A stretch of DNA of 64,000 bases from Bdellovibrionales bacterium (GCA_027317865.1 DAHVQG010000005.1:64001-128000); one strand, 5' to 3'; counted from the first letter of the stretch, positions 1-9,917 are shown. Notes: a model not told the origin generated them from the letters alone. Numbers and translations: made by a program.

Positions 1-409
1 GTGCAATATCGCTCCCGAAGCCGGGCTCGGACATCGCTAAAGCTAAAATTGTTTCGCCGCTTACACAGCCGGGTGTCCACTTTTTCTTTTGCTCGGGCGT
101 GCCGAAGCGATCGATGTACGGATAAACAATGCCGTTATGAAGGGGAATGAAAAATCCCGAAACGCCGTGGTAATATAATTCTTCAGTTAATATGACCGTG
201 TAGAGTAAACTTGCACCCATGCCGCCAAATTCCTCGGATGCTTCTGGGCAAAGCCAACCTTGCCGACCGGCTTCAAGCCAAGCTTCTCGCGGGACCATGC
301 GGGCGTCTTCCCATTTTTCATATTCGGGGACTATTTGCGACTTAATTATCTCGCGAACTGTGTCGCGAAAGATGCGAAGTTCTTCGGAGGCTAAAATTTT
401 TCGCTCCAT
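1..409 (-). CDS. Acyl-CoA dehydrogenase, 5' part (runs off the window edge)
   Basis: Hand translation from ATG at 409: MERKILASEELRIFRDTVRE...EEFGGMG...FGTPEQKKKW...ALAMSEPGFGSDIA, a typical ACAD N-terminus. Absent from the ORF track because it is truncated. Confidence 0.9.
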   Translation of the reverse strand, partial: MERKILASEELRIFRDTVREIIKSQIVPEYEKWEDARMVPREAWLEAGRQGWLCPEASEEFGGMGASLLYTVILTEELYYHGVSGFFIPLHNGIVYPYIDRFGTPEQKKKWTPGCVSGETILALAMSEPGFGSDIA

Positions 410-427
410 ATCCGAATTCCTTTCGAA

Positions 428-502
428 TGGTAGGAGGTGAGGGATTCGAACCCACGACATCCACCTTGTAAGGGTGGCGCTCTACCACTGAGCTAACCTC
501 CT
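428..502 (-). tRNA. tRNA-Val(UAC)
   Basis: Acceptor stem AGGAGGT/ACCTCCT plus ACCA; D-arm TAGCTCAGTGGTAGAGC; anticodon arm CCACC-CT-TAC-AA-GGTGG; T-loop GGTTCGAATCC. Confidence 0.97.
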
Positions 503-605
503 CCGCGCTTCGGCTTACAGTTGACGTGCACTCTTGCCGTGTGCGTAATTTTGCGAGGCGCAATATGACATCGCCTCAAGCACTTTGTAAAGTGCAAACC
601 CACAA

Positions 606-1931
606 ATGAAAAGGTTATTTTGGTCGAGCCTATTAATCAAGCTGGTATTGGCGGCGTTTATTCCGATTTTTGCCGATGAAGCCTATTACTGGGTTTGGTC
701 CCACCATTTACAACTCAGTTACTTTGACCATCCCCCAATGGTGGCATGGCTTTTTCTTCTCGGTCATTTTCTTGAACCGTACGCCAATTGTGTGCGATTT
801 CCGGCGGTGATTCTCGGGCAAGCGACGTTTGCGCTGTGGCTACTCATTATGAGTGAAATTTTGCCGCAAGACGAGCTGCGCTCAGAACGGCTGTGGTGTT
901 TTGCTCTGCTTTTTTTATTTTCTCCGTTTTTGGGAGCGGGTTCGATCATAGTGACGCCCGACATTCCATTGCTATTTTTTTGGTCACTCGCCATTTATGT
1001 GTTTTTGCGCCTTGAACGTGACCCGCGGGGGTTTAATTACCTCGCACTGGGTGCGGTCTTAGGGCTTTGCTTTTGTTCGAAGTACAATGCGGTATTGTTT
1101 GTTCCTCCTATATTTCTTTATCTGATTTTTGAGCGGCGATGGCGCGAGGTAAACTGGAAGTACGTGCCGCTTACCATTTTGGCGGGACTTTTATTTTGCG
1201 CTCCGGTTTTGATTTGGAATTATCAACACAATTTTATTTCATTTCGTTTTCAGCTCCACCATGGATTTCATAATCACGCCTACAAACCATCATGGGCTTT
1301 CGAGTATGTATTTACCCAGATCGGGTTATTGTTTCCGCTGATTGTGTGGGCCGCTTTACGGGCTAAGCTGCCGCGAGCGGCAAGGATTTTAATCTATTTT
1401 GGTTGGTTTCCGTTTGCATTTTTCTTTTTCTCGGCACTTAAGTCACATGTCGAGGCCAATTGGACAATCGTGGGCTACCCGGCGATTTTGGCCCTGGCGG
1501 TATTTTATCCGCGCATTCGTGCTTTTACGCGCATATATGTGGCCGTTTTTGGCGCTGCGCTCATTGCGGCGATCATTGTGATGTTTGTGCCGAATCTTCG
1601 TAAACTAAGCGGTCACGTTATGAACGCCTATCAATACGAGTTGCTCGCTAAAAAATTAAAACCCTACCATCCTCTTTTCACACAAACGCACCAATGGGCT
1701 GCGGCACTTAATTACATTACCAAAAAGCCGGTTTACATGCTGCGCGGTATTGATCGCCCTGATTTTTACGATTTTATTCCGCAATCGAAACCAACTGGAG
1801 ACCACTTTTATTTACTTACTGAGCCAAACGAAAGGATGCCCGATTGGATGTCAAAAGATCACTGGACTTGGCACCTGATTAACATTGCCATCCCGCCGAA
1901 ATTTCAACTTCTTGAGGCGACTCGCCAATAA
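606..1931 (+). CDS. GT-C fold glycosyltransferase, family 39/ArnT-like (PMT_2)
   Basis: DEAYYW...YFDHPP motif, TPD motif, SKY motif, many TM helices. Confidence 0.85.
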   Translation: MKRLFWSSLLIKLVLAAFIPIFADEAYYWVWSHHLQLSYFDHPPMVAWLFLLGHFLEPYANCVRFPAVILGQATFALWLLIMSEILPQDELRSERLWCFALLFLFSPFLGAGSIIVTPDIPLLFFWSLAIYVFLRLERDPRGFNYLALGAVLGLCFCSKYNAVLFVPPIFLYLIFERRWREVNWKYVPLTILAGLLFCAPVLIWNYQHNFISFRFQLHHGFHNHAYKPSWAFEYVFTQIGLLFPLIVWAALRAKLPRAARILIYFGWFPFAFFFFSALKSHVEANWTIVGYPAILALAVFYPRIRAFTRIYVAVFGAALIAAIIVMFVPNLRKLSGHVMNAYQYELLAKKLKPYHPLFTQTHQWAAALNYITKKPVYMLRGIDRPDFYDFIPQSKPTGDHFYLLTEPNERMPDWMSKDHWTWHLINIAIPPKFQLLEATRQ

Positions 1932-1935
1932 TTAT

Positions 1936-3141
1936 CTACATTAAATGTTGGGCGATTTTACTATAAACAGTTTCAGGTGAAATAACCTGCAAGCATTTAT
2001 TGTCTTGGCACGGAGTTTTGCGATGGTTGAACGCGCTCACGCACGGCGAGCAGGCGAAGTTCGCGTACAGAGGAGTGAAATTACCTAGAGACCCGTAGAG
2101 CGCCGGTGTCTCGGGCCCAAAAAAAACATAAGTTGGAATTTCAGTTAGGCTTGCAAAATGTGCCGGTCCGGAGTCGTTTGAAACCATAAGGCGGCAAAAA
2201 GTGTAAAGGCTTGTGAGATCTTCAAATGCAATACGCCCGGCGAAATTATGGCAGCGATCGCGCGCAGTTAATATGCGGATAGGTTCCACTTCAAGGGCCT
2301 CACTGGGCGAACCGGTGAGAAGAATGTGGGCATCAGGATTTTGATCTAAAATAAGTTGTCCGAGTTTTGCAAAATGAACTTGCGGCCAACGCCGCTGAGG
2401 TAAAAATTCTCCACCAGCGCAATTGAGAATGACCCACTTAACTTGGTCTACATCGGCCGTGCCGAGTTCTTTGAGCTTCGCCCGAACACGAAGCTTGGCG
2501 CTTTCATTAACCGCGATTTTTTGGGGTTGAATCTCCTCGTCGGAAATGCCGCCCTTGAAATAAGGGAGATCCGGCTCGCTCGCCATCAATGATTTGACAA
2601 GAGCCATGAAATTTTTTGCGATGTGGATATGCGGATTGTAAGCTACCCGGCGGGTAAGAATATCGCCGCGGTAAAGCCCTTCGGCATGAAACGAATCAAA
2701 ACCGACACGCTCGCGGGCTCCGCTAAACGCAGAAAGCAGGGCCGAGTATCTTGAGAAGAGTTCAAAATCGATCGCTGAATCAATTCGGCGGACGCGACAC
2801 CAAATAAAAAAACGAAACGTATCAAACGCAAACAATAAAGGGCTCTTTTCTCGAATTAAGTAAATATGATCTTGCGCGACTGTCCCTACCATTCGAAGGC
2901 TCGCGGCGTTGCGCTCAAAAATTGCGTAAAAGATTTCAACATTTTGATTGCGCAGCCAGCGAAGAGCCGAATCGCCGACAATGGCGCTGCCCATTTCTGA
3001 AAGCTGCAAAAAAACAGTACGTTTCGCGGGCCCCTTGCGGCCTTTTTGTAATAGGCGTACGAACTTCAGCCAAATCCCCGCTAAGAAACAGAGAGGAACT
3101 CCGACATAATAATCGATAAAGCGCATGACATCGACAGACAT
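1936..3141 (-). CDS. GT9 ADP-heptose:LPS heptosyltransferase-like protein
   Basis: SEMG, RRWP, SNDSGPAHFAS, FFGP and CSPC motifs. Start placed at MSVDVM (3141); the ORF extends to 3162. Confidence 0.85.
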   Translation of the reverse strand: MSVDVMRFIDYYVGVPLCFLAGIWLKFVRLLQKGRKGPAKRTVFLQLSEMGSAIVGDSALRWLRNQNVEIFYAIFERNAASLRMVGTVAQDHIYLIREKSPLLFAFDTFRFFIWCRVRRIDSAIDFELFSRYSALLSAFSGARERVGFDSFHAEGLYRGDILTRRVAYNPHIHIAKNFMALVKSLMASEPDLPYFKGGISDEEIQPQKIAVNESAKLRVRAKLKELGTADVDQVKWVILNCAGGEFLPQRRWPQVHFAKLGQLILDQNPDAHILLTGSPSEALEVEPIRILTARDRCHNFAGRIAFEDLTSLYTFCRLMVSNDSGPAHFASLTEIPTYVFFGPETPALYGSLGNFTPLYANFACSPCVSAFNHRKTPCQDNKCLQVISPETVYSKIAQHLM

Positions 3142-3234
3142 AGCGCCGACTAGCTTACCCAAGTGAGCTCATGAAGACAATTGTCGTAGAAAAATGCCTT
3201 GCGCCACGGCGGCCAATGGAGCAAATAGACCGTC

Positions 3235-3897
3235 ATGTCCAAAATTTATGAACTAGCGGCTACGCCCCAAACCAACCGTGACGGAGCCTGGCACGCTGAC
3301 TTTTTTAAAGAATTACCGTTGGCCAACGTTACGGTCGTCGATGAGACGCCAGCGCCGGGTCCAGATAATTGGCCTTACCTTAAAGTTGAACTAAACGAAA
3401 AATCGAAAGAGCCCGTAGCAAATGTTTTGAATTGGCTTTCAACCCGCGGCATCGGCCTTGTCGTAAATCCAAAAAAGGAATTGCCTGACGCGGTTTTGAC
3501 CTACGGGATGACATGGAATTTTCGCCAAACGGGGCACATTTTCACAACCGACAATAATACTTGCTCGGTGATTCAAAAAGCGCCCGCCGAATCGAAATTC
3601 GAACTTCAAAAGGGTCAGATGATTCACGCCGGAGCTCCGAGCGAACAATACCTACCCAAGTACGTGCGCGAAATTTTACAGGCGTTTTTTCATGATAATG
3701 GGGTTAAAACACCGAAAATACTTGTGGTGAGCCAAGACCGCGAACAATACGATCTTTGTTTTTCGGTTGAATCATTGGGCAATCCTGAACCCGCCGAGCA
3801 TCCGGGTGTTCTCGAGGCCCTGGCTTGGTTTTTACCGGCACATTATTCGCTCGTATTGGCGAGCGAAGCTGGATTGCCGCCATTTGTTGAACTGTAA
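3235..3897 (+). CDS. Hypothetical protein
   Basis: 220-aa ORF filling the gap, with protein-like composition; no recognised motif. Confidence 0.65.
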   Translation: MSKIYELAATPQTNRDGAWHADFFKELPLANVTVVDETPAPGPDNWPYLKVELNEKSKEPVANVLNWLSTRGIGLVVNPKKELPDAVLTYGMTWNFRQTGHIFTTDNNTCSVIQKAPAESKFELQKGQMIHAGAPSEQYLPKYVREILQAFFHDNGVKTPKILVVSQDREQYDLCFSVESLGNPEPAEHPGVLEALAWFLPAHYSLVLASEAGLPPFVEL

Positions 3898-3914
3898 AGA
3901 TAGAATGGCTCGGG

Positions 3915-4298
3915 TTACCTCATTTCGCCCGGCATTGGCAAAAGATCCACGAGACACGCGCGCCAATATTCCGGCACTTCAAAGGAAAAGTCGATCGCGA
4001 CTGCAAAAACTCCCTTGCCGACATGGGTTGTGCGAGAAACCGTGCCGTCCAAGTCGAGGTTCATTTGCGGCAAATAAAGCGCCACTTGCTGGCCTAGGAG
4101 CGATTCAAGGTTGAGATTTTGGCGAAGCGTTTTGGGAACCAAATCTCGCCGCGAAATTTCGACAAGAAACCCGCTTGTCGAGGCATTTACAATGCGGCCT
4201 GTTTTTGCAATCACAGAGTAATTCGTGATCGATGTCAGATCGCTTATTAAAATTCCCTCGACCTCTTTTCGGCCAGCCACCCGCCGCTCGCTTTTCAT
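3915..4298 (-). CDS. PilZ-domain protein (c-di-GMP receptor candidate)
   Basis: RxxxR (RVAGR) and NxSxxG (NASTSG) motifs; RBS AAGGAG. Confidence 0.8.
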   Translation of the reverse strand: MKSERRVAGRKEVEGILISDLTSITNYSVIAKTGRIVNASTSGFLVEISRRDLVPKTLRQNLNLESLLGQQVALYLPQMNLDLDGTVSRTTHVGKGVFAVAIDFSFEVPEYWRACLVDLLPMPGEMR

Positions 4299-4335
4299 CG
4301 ATGCTCCTTTATAGTTGTTTAACTGTTATGAATAC

Positions 4336-4362
4336 CTATCGGCTAGGCTCGACGAAAGTTAA
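4336..4362 (-). promoter_or_regulatory. Putative FliA (sigma-28) promoter for the PilZ gene
   Basis: Minus strand TTAA-N15-GCCGATAG versus consensus TAAA-N15-GCCGATAA. Confidence 0.55.
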
Positions 4363-4925
4363 GGGCTAATTACGGCGAATCCCATTATTGTACGTTTATC
4401 AAACTCACAGCGTCCGTAGCCGCGCTTCGGTAACAGATGAGAATCATTTACGTTAAACTGAAACAAAAAGATTTGGCGTGAATTGTGGTGCTTCTTTAGG
4501 TGGCGTATTCCTTCAATTTGAATCGCTGAGACCACTTTGGGCTGTGCTGTCGTACGCAAAGCCTTAAATGCGGCTTCTTTAGCTACCCAGACGGCTAAAG
4601 CATTATTGTTAAAGTGTGCAAGTTCATATGGACTCGCAAACCGCAAAACGGCTTTTTTCGAGACACGACGGGTTGTTGGTTCTAGATCAAATCCGACCGG
4701 TTGTTGGGCGACCGCGAATCCGCCCAAGTGACGGGTGTGCGAAAGGCTGAAATAACAGCCACGACGGTTTTTTAAAATGAACTTAAGATGTTGTTCCAAT
4801 TTGAGACGGTTAGAGCTGGTTGCCTTCGCATTTCGGCCGAGAGACTTCCAGCCGGGAGAAATAAAATAGTCAATTTCGACGCCGCAAATCGTAACCGATT
4901 TTTTGGGGATGGGTTTTAGTTCCAC
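4359..4925 (-). CDS. 4'-phosphopantetheinyl transferase (Sfp/EntD-like)
   Basis: SLSHT, VGFDLE and WVAKEAAFKA motifs; overlaps the nadA stop. Confidence 0.8.
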   Translation of the reverse strand: MELKPIPKKSVTICGVEIDYFISPGWKSLGRNAKATSSNRLKLEQHLKFILKNRRGCYFSLSHTRHLGGFAVAQQPVGFDLEPTTRRVSKKAVLRFASPYELAHFNNNALAVWVAKEAAFKALRTTAQPKVVSAIQIEGIRHLKKHHNSRQIFLFQFNVNDSHLLPKRGYGRCEFDKRTIMGFAVISP

Positions 4926-5872
4926 ACGACGACTTCACCGCGAGAGATTTTCATCATGCGCTCAAGCGGCCGGCGGGCAAGTTCGATGACCGATAAATCG
5001 ACCGTCACCTGGGGCGAACGGTCACGCAATGCCGCCGCGATTTTTTCAAGCGTATTCATCTTCATATAAGGGCACTCGTTGCAGGCACACGTTCCTTCGA
5101 CAGGAGCTTGCACGATTTCAGCATCGGGCCGGGCTTTTTTCATCTGGTGAAAGATTCCCGGTTCGGTTGCAACAATAAAGGTTTTTGCCGGGTTGGTTTT
5201 GACTTCTTCTAGAAGCCTTGAAGTTGATCCAGTTACGTCAGCGTATTGCAAAACGCTCTCAACGCATTCGGGATGGGCCAATACCGGCGCGTCTGGGTAT
5301 TTACTCTTTAACTCATAAAGTTTACGGGCCGAAAACAGGACGTGCACGTCACAAGCGCCGGGCCATAGCTCCATGGGCCGGCCGATTTTTTTTTGTAAGT
5401 ATGACCCGAGGTTTCGATCGGGGCCAAAAAGGATAGTTTTTTCTTCGGGAATGGCGCGAATCACTTTTTCGGCATTGGCTGATGTGCAGATAACGTCCGA
5501 AATACTTTTAGCTTCGGCTGAGCAGTTCACATAGCTAACAAGGACGCTGTCGGGGTGTTCGTCTTTCCACGCTTTGTAGCGTTCAAACGGGGAGTGGTGA
5601 ACAAGCGAACAGCCGGCGTTCGTGTCAGGTACAAGCACCGTTTTTTGTGGTGAGAGAATTTTGACCGTCTCAGCCATAAACACAACCCCCGCCATGAGAA
5701 CAATGGGGTTTTCGGTGTTTTGGCTATATTGCGCGAGCGCAAGAGAATCACCGACGAAATCGGCTACGTCTTGAATGGCGCCGTCTTCATAAAAGTGGGC
5801 AAGAATCAGCGCATTTTGCGCCTTTTTAAGGCGAAGAATTTCATCGATAATCGAATTTGAATTTAAAGTCAT
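4916..5872 (-). CDS. nadA: Quinolinate synthase
   Basis: ILAHFY, GDSL, AGCS, YVNCSA, HPEC and CPYMK motifs. Confidence 0.95.
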   Translation of the reverse strand: MTLNSNSIIDEILRLKKAQNALILAHFYEDGAIQDVADFVGDSLALAQYSQNTENPIVLMAGVVFMAETVKILSPQKTVLVPDTNAGCSLVHHSPFERYKAWKDEHPDSVLVSYVNCSAEAKSISDVICTSANAEKVIRAIPEEKTILFGPDRNLGSYLQKKIGRPMELWPGACDVHVLFSARKLYELKSKYPDAPVLAHPECVESVLQYADVTGSTSRLLEEVKTNPAKTFIVATEPGIFHQMKKARPDAEIVQAPVEGTCACNECPYMKMNTLEKIAAALRDRSPQVTVDLSVIELARRPLERMMKISRGEVVVWN

Positions 5873-5929
5873 AGGCTCACCTCATACAAGATGAGCATTT
5901 ATATATCACGCAATACAGAAAATTCACAA

Positions 5930-6511
5930 TTACGGATGCCGGCCCAGCGCTTGCGTGCACTGTGAGCCAAATTCCTGAAAATATTGATCACAAGCGAAAT
6001 TCGCGTCAGTGCAATTCGATTCAAAAAGAGTCTCAAAGGGGCAGCTAAAGTTCGCGCCTTGAGTGACCACGCTTGTAAATTGCCCTTTAGAGATAACCTT
6101 AGAGCCTTTTGTCAGTTCGTAGTGAATGACATTTTTGCCCATTCCAAGCAGCGGCTGTTGAAAAAGTGACTGAATGAGTAAATTGATGCTCCCGCTTTGG
6201 CCCGTTTTTGAGTTGTATTTAACCGTTTTCACGGTTTGACTACCGTTTGAGTGAGTTGCGATTAGCTTCACGTGATCGGCATTTACGGGGCCAGCTATAA
6301 AGACATCAACACTGTTAGGTACCGTCGCCCACGTATTACAATTATACATTTGAGTCCCCATGCCGAACGGCGATTGGCATTGGACATTGACAGCTCCGTA
6401 TACGGGATCGATTTGCCGGTTATTACCGTATTTAAATCCCGGAGCAGCCAAAGCCGGTAGGGCAATAATTGAAGCGAAAATGAATAGGCCAAGCGACAAA
6501 AACGATTTCAT
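5930..6511 (-). CDS. Secreted hypothetical protein, Cys-containing
   Basis: Signal peptide ending ALA-A; six Cys; RBS AGGGGGA. Confidence 0.7.
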   Translation of the reverse strand: MKSFLSLGLFIFASIIALPALAAPGFKYGNNRQIDPVYGAVNVQCQSPFGMGTQMYNCNTWATVPNSVDVFIAGPVNADHVKLIATHSNGSQTVKTVKYNSKTGQSGSINLLIQSLFQQPLLGMGKNVIHYELTKGSKVISKGQFTSVVTQGANFSCPFETLFESNCTDANFACDQYFQEFGSQCTQALGRHP

Positions 6512-6534
6512 ACATCCCCCTAAATTTGAGACTT

Positions 6535-7125
6535 CTAAATTTCTCCACCTTTAAGTGTCGTGATGATGGCTTTTGACGTTGTCTTAAGCGCTTCAAAAAC
6601 ACCAATGCCTTCGCGGGCGCGGCCCTCAAAGTCGGGAGCATTGTAAGGATTTAAGGCATTTCGTAGCTCGGCAAGCGGTAAAGCGTTTGGCAAATCACGC
6701 TTATTGTACTGTATGGCAAGCGGCAGACTTCGCAGCTCGTAACCTTGTTGCTCAAGGTTGAGTTCAAGATTACGAAGTGATTGCAGGTTTTCTTCCATGC
6801 GTTCGGCTTGCGAATCGGCAACAAAAACAATTCCATCAAGACCTTTGAGGATCAATCTTCGACTGGCATCGTAAACAACTTGCCCCGGCACCGTGTAGAG
6901 ATGAAAGCGGGTTTTAAAGCCGCGAATTTCACCGACTTCCATTGGTAAAAAATCAAAAAACAGGGTGCGCTCCACATCAGTAGGGAGTTCAACAAGTTCG
7001 GATCGATCTTGGGCGATACTTTTTTGATAAATCCACTGCAGGTTTGTAGTTTTGCCGCCAAGCGAGGGGCCGTAGTAAACGATCTTGCAATGGATTTCTT
7101 TAGCGTTGTAGTTGATAAACGACAT
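6535..7125 (-). CDS. mglA: MglA small Ras-like GTPase
   Basis: MSFINY..EI.CKIVYYGP, GKTTNL, RTLFFDFLP, TVPGQ and QYNKRD motifs. Confidence 0.95.
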   Translation of the reverse strand: MSFINYNAKEIHCKIVYYGPSLGGKTTNLQWIYQKSIAQDRSELVELPTDVERTLFFDFLPMEVGEIRGFKTRFHLYTVPGQVVYDASRRLILKGLDGIVFVADSQAERMEENLQSLRNLELNLEQQGYELRSLPLAIQYNKRDLPNALPLAELRNALNPYNAPDFEGRAREGIGVFEALKTTSKAIITTLKGGEI

Positions 7126-7157
7126 TAAGTTCCGCCTACAGTATTAGTTCTATCCGA

Positions 7158-7799
7158 CTACAGATCGACGCGATTTTCAAGTGCGCGGCCCAAAGTTCTA
7201 AAGTCTATGTAGTCGATATCCCCTCCAATGGGTATTCCATGGGCAAGGCGGCTGATCCGAAGCTTTTGCGACCCTTCATGCTGCCCAAAACTGCCGTTTT
7301 GAGGGTGCTCACGCAATTGTTTAGCAATATAAAGCGCCGTTGTGTCACCCTCGAGATCGGCATCGAGCGCTAGAATGACTTCACAAATATCTTCGTGAGC
7401 CACACGCTGAAGCAGCGGTTCAAGCCGAATGTCTTTAGGGCCGACCCCGTCAAGCGGCGAAAGAGTGCCATGCAAAACATGGTAGCGGCCACGAAAAACC
7501 CCCGACGTGTCGATGCGCGCTATATCGGCCGGATCTTCAACCACACAAATCGAATCATTCGTGCGGGATGGGTCAAGACAATAGTGGCAAAGGCTCTCGT
7601 TTTCAGTAAACGAAAAACAACGCGGGCATTCGTGAACAGAGGTTTTCACGCGCTCAAGGGCCGCGCGAAGATTGTCATTGTATGCGGCAGGGCTTCGCAA
7701 AATATAATAGGCAAGTCGCCCCGCCGTTTTGGGCCCCACTCCCGGGAGCTTCGCCAATTCGGCAACAAGTTTTTCAAGCGAAGGGACATTTTGAATCAT
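7158..7799 (-). CDS. recR: Recombination mediator RecR
   Basis: LPGVGPKTA HhH motif, C4 zinc finger, TOPRIM CVVE and YHVLHG motifs. Confidence 0.95.
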   Translation of the reverse strand: MIQNVPSLEKLVAELAKLPGVGPKTAGRLAYYILRSPAAYNDNLRAALERVKTSVHECPRCFSFTENESLCHYCLDPSRTNDSICVVEDPADIARIDTSGVFRGRYHVLHGTLSPLDGVGPKDIRLEPLLQRVAHEDICEVILALDADLEGDTTALYIAKQLREHPQNGSFGQHEGSQKLRISRLAHGIPIGGDIDYIDFRTLGRALENRVDL

Positions 7800-8132
7800 T
7801 TAAAATAATCCCGGAATTCCCACGCCACCTGTGATTTTTGACATTTCAGCTTGCGACGTTTCGCTGGCCTTGGTCAGGGCATCGTTGGCGGCTGTTACAA
7901 TTAAATCTTGGAGCATTTCGATATCACCCGCACTCATCACGTCAGGTTTAATGCTCACTGCAACCAAACGATTGGCGCCACTAACTTTTACGCTGACCGC
8001 GCCGCCGCCCGATGAACCTTCGTATTCTTGTGTGGCCAACTCTTCTTGCACCTTTTTCATTTTCATTTGCATTTGATTGGCCTGTTGCATGATCTTTTGC
8101 AGACTATTGCCGTTGCCGCCGAACCCTTTCAT
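7800..8132 (-). CDS. ybaB: YbaB/EbfC nucleoid-associated protein
   Basis: MQQANQMQ, GSSGGGAV and EMLQDLI motifs; lies between dnaX and recR. Confidence 0.92.
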   Translation of the reverse strand: MKGFGGNGNSLQKIMQQANQMQMKMKKVQEELATQEYEGSSGGGAVSVKVSGANRLVAVSIKPDVMSAGDIEMLQDLIVTAANDALTKASETSQAEMSKITGGVGIPGLF

Positions 8133-9763
8133 TATTCACTCTCCCGGATAGATTTAATTTCGCTATTAAAGATCGACTTTGCCTCTCTGACAAGAGGGTG
8201 CTCCTCGATTTTCCTTAGAAGTTTTTCGTGCTCTTCTTGCTTTTTCTTCTCCTGGAGTTGCGCGGGGCTATTACCACCTGATTCGGAAGCCTTCGAAGTT
8301 TGCACTTTAACGGTATGCCCGGGGCCCCAGAAGGTATTAAGATAGTTGACGACTTTTTTTATAAATGCCGGATCTGATACTTGTTCGCGTAAAAACTGAT
8401 GTTTTTCTGATACGCCAAGCGTTGCCTCTAAACCGGAGAGGCTTAGAAGTTCTATTTGGTCGAGTTGTGCGGCTATAAGTCCATTCACTTTACGAACGCG
8501 ATCGACAAAATCGCTCCATTTTTCAGCCCAAGTATTTTCGATAGGCGCTGCGGCTGGTGAAACTAAAGACGGAGCCGGAGACAAAGGTGAAGATTTTGTC
8601 GAAGTGCGCGCGCGTGAATCAATCCAGCGGTCTATGGTTTCAAGACGTGGCGCAATGGACATGCGCAGAAGAACCATTTCGAGTACCACGCGTGGATCTT
8701 GGGCGTGATGAAGATCGCTTGCGCCTTTCAATGCCATATCAAACAGCGTGTGGAGGTCTTCTTCGCTTATCTTATTCGATAAGCCACGCAAAAAATCAAT
8801 TTCTTCTTTTGGTAGATCGATCATCGACTCCGCTTGATCTCCGGCAATTTTAGCGAGCAAAAGATTGCGCCATTCCTCTAGAAGATCCTTCATGAAGACA
8901 AGCGGATCATATCCGGCCAAAAAAATCGCAGTGACGCAGTTTAGAATTTCTTGAGTTGCATTCGCATTTTCGCCTGTGACAAGCGCCGAAAGCGTGCGGG
9001 TTAATAGCGTACGATCAGTGAGACCTAGCGACTCCGTGACCTTTGCGAGGGTGAGATCAATTGCACCGTCGCTGCTAGCGCAAAAACTCATTACCTGATC
9101 AAGAAGGCTTTGGGCATCACGCATTGAACCTTCGCCTTGGCGTGCGATCGCCCAAATTGCCTCAGAAGCTGCGCGTACTTTTTCTGCCTCGCAGATTTTA
9201 CCTAAGTGCTCGGCAATTAATTTAGTTGATATTTTTCGAAAATCGTAGCGTTGGCAACGGGACAAAATAGTATTGGGAATCTTTTGGGCTTCGGTTGTTG
9301 CCATGACAAAAATCACATGCTCGGGTGGCTCTTCGAGAGTTTTTAAAAGCGCGTTGAAGGCGCTCGTCGTGAGCATATGGACTTCATCGATAATATAAAT
9401 TTTGTAGCGTCCCGATGAGGGCATGAACCCGACTGTTTCGCGCAGTTCGCGAATGGCCTCAACGCCGTTATTGCTGGCGCCGTCGATTTCAAGTACGTCA
9501 AGGCTTCGAGATTCGGCGACTTCTTGGCAGTCGCTACAAACGTTGCACGGAACGAAATTCTTTGCATTCGGGCAGCGTAAACTTTTAGCTAAAATTCGAG
9601 CCGTAGAGGTTTTGCCTGTTCCGCGTGGACCGGTAAAAAGTAGCGCATGCGGGAGCCGATTGTGGCGAAGCGAATTAAGGAGCGTTTGGCTGACATGTGT
9701 CTGGCCAACGAGTTCATCAAAAGTTTTTGAGCGCCACTTGCGGGCAAGCACCTGATAAGCCAA
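8132..9763 (-). CDS. dnaX: DNA polymerase III subunit gamma/tau
   Basis: AYQVLARKWR, GPRGTGKT, IDEVHML and SRC motifs. TTG start at 9763 after GAGGGA; the upstream ORF extension overlaps the SRP RNA. Confidence 0.95.
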   Translation of the reverse strand: MAYQVLARKWRSKTFDELVGQTHVSQTLLNSLRHNRLPHALLFTGPRGTGKTSTARILAKSLRCPNAKNFVPCNVCSDCQEVAESRSLDVLEIDGASNNGVEAIRELRETVGFMPSSGRYKIYIIDEVHMLTTSAFNALLKTLEEPPEHVIFVMATTEAQKIPNTILSRCQRYDFRKISTKLIAEHLGKICEAEKVRAASEAIWAIARQGEGSMRDAQSLLDQVMSFCASSDGAIDLTLAKVTESLGLTDRTLLTRTLSALVTGENANATQEILNCVTAIFLAGYDPLVFMKDLLEEWRNLLLAKIAGDQAESMIDLPKEEIDFLRGLSNKISEEDLHTLFDMALKGASDLHHAQDPRVVLEMVLLRMSIAPRLETIDRWIDSRARTSTKSSPLSPAPSLVSPAAAPIENTWAEKWSDFVDRVRKVNGLIAAQLDQIELLSLSGLEATLGVSEKHQFLREQVSDPAFIKKVVNYLNTFWGPGHTVKVQTSKASESGGNSPAQLQEKKKQEEHEKLLRKIEEHPLVREAKSIFNSEIKSIRESE

Positions 9764-9779
9764 TGATCCCTCTGCATAA

Positions 9780-9885
9780 AAGTGGCCAGGCACCCCATAT
9801 CACATGGCACTTCGGGTACCGTTGCTCCCTTTCGGGCCTAGCGGGGTTCATCGAAGACGTCATTGCATGGGACCCGGCCGCCTCC
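9780..9885 (-). ncRNA. ffs: Signal recognition particle 4.5S RNA
   Basis: Long hairpin with domain-IV core GCTAGGCCCGAAAGGGAGCAACGG (GAAA tetraloop); canonical position upstream of dnaX. Confidence 0.9.
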
Positions 9886-9917
9886 AAACATAGGCGCTGC
9901 GCCAAAAAACCGCAATA

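Noticed and set aside
8337-8362. A-AAA-AAA run in dnaX with a -1 frame stop a few codons later (gamma/tau frameshift?)
   Set aside because: Not the A-AAA-AAG heptamer, no clear stimulatory hairpin or internal SD, lies near the C-terminus, and A7 runs are common here.
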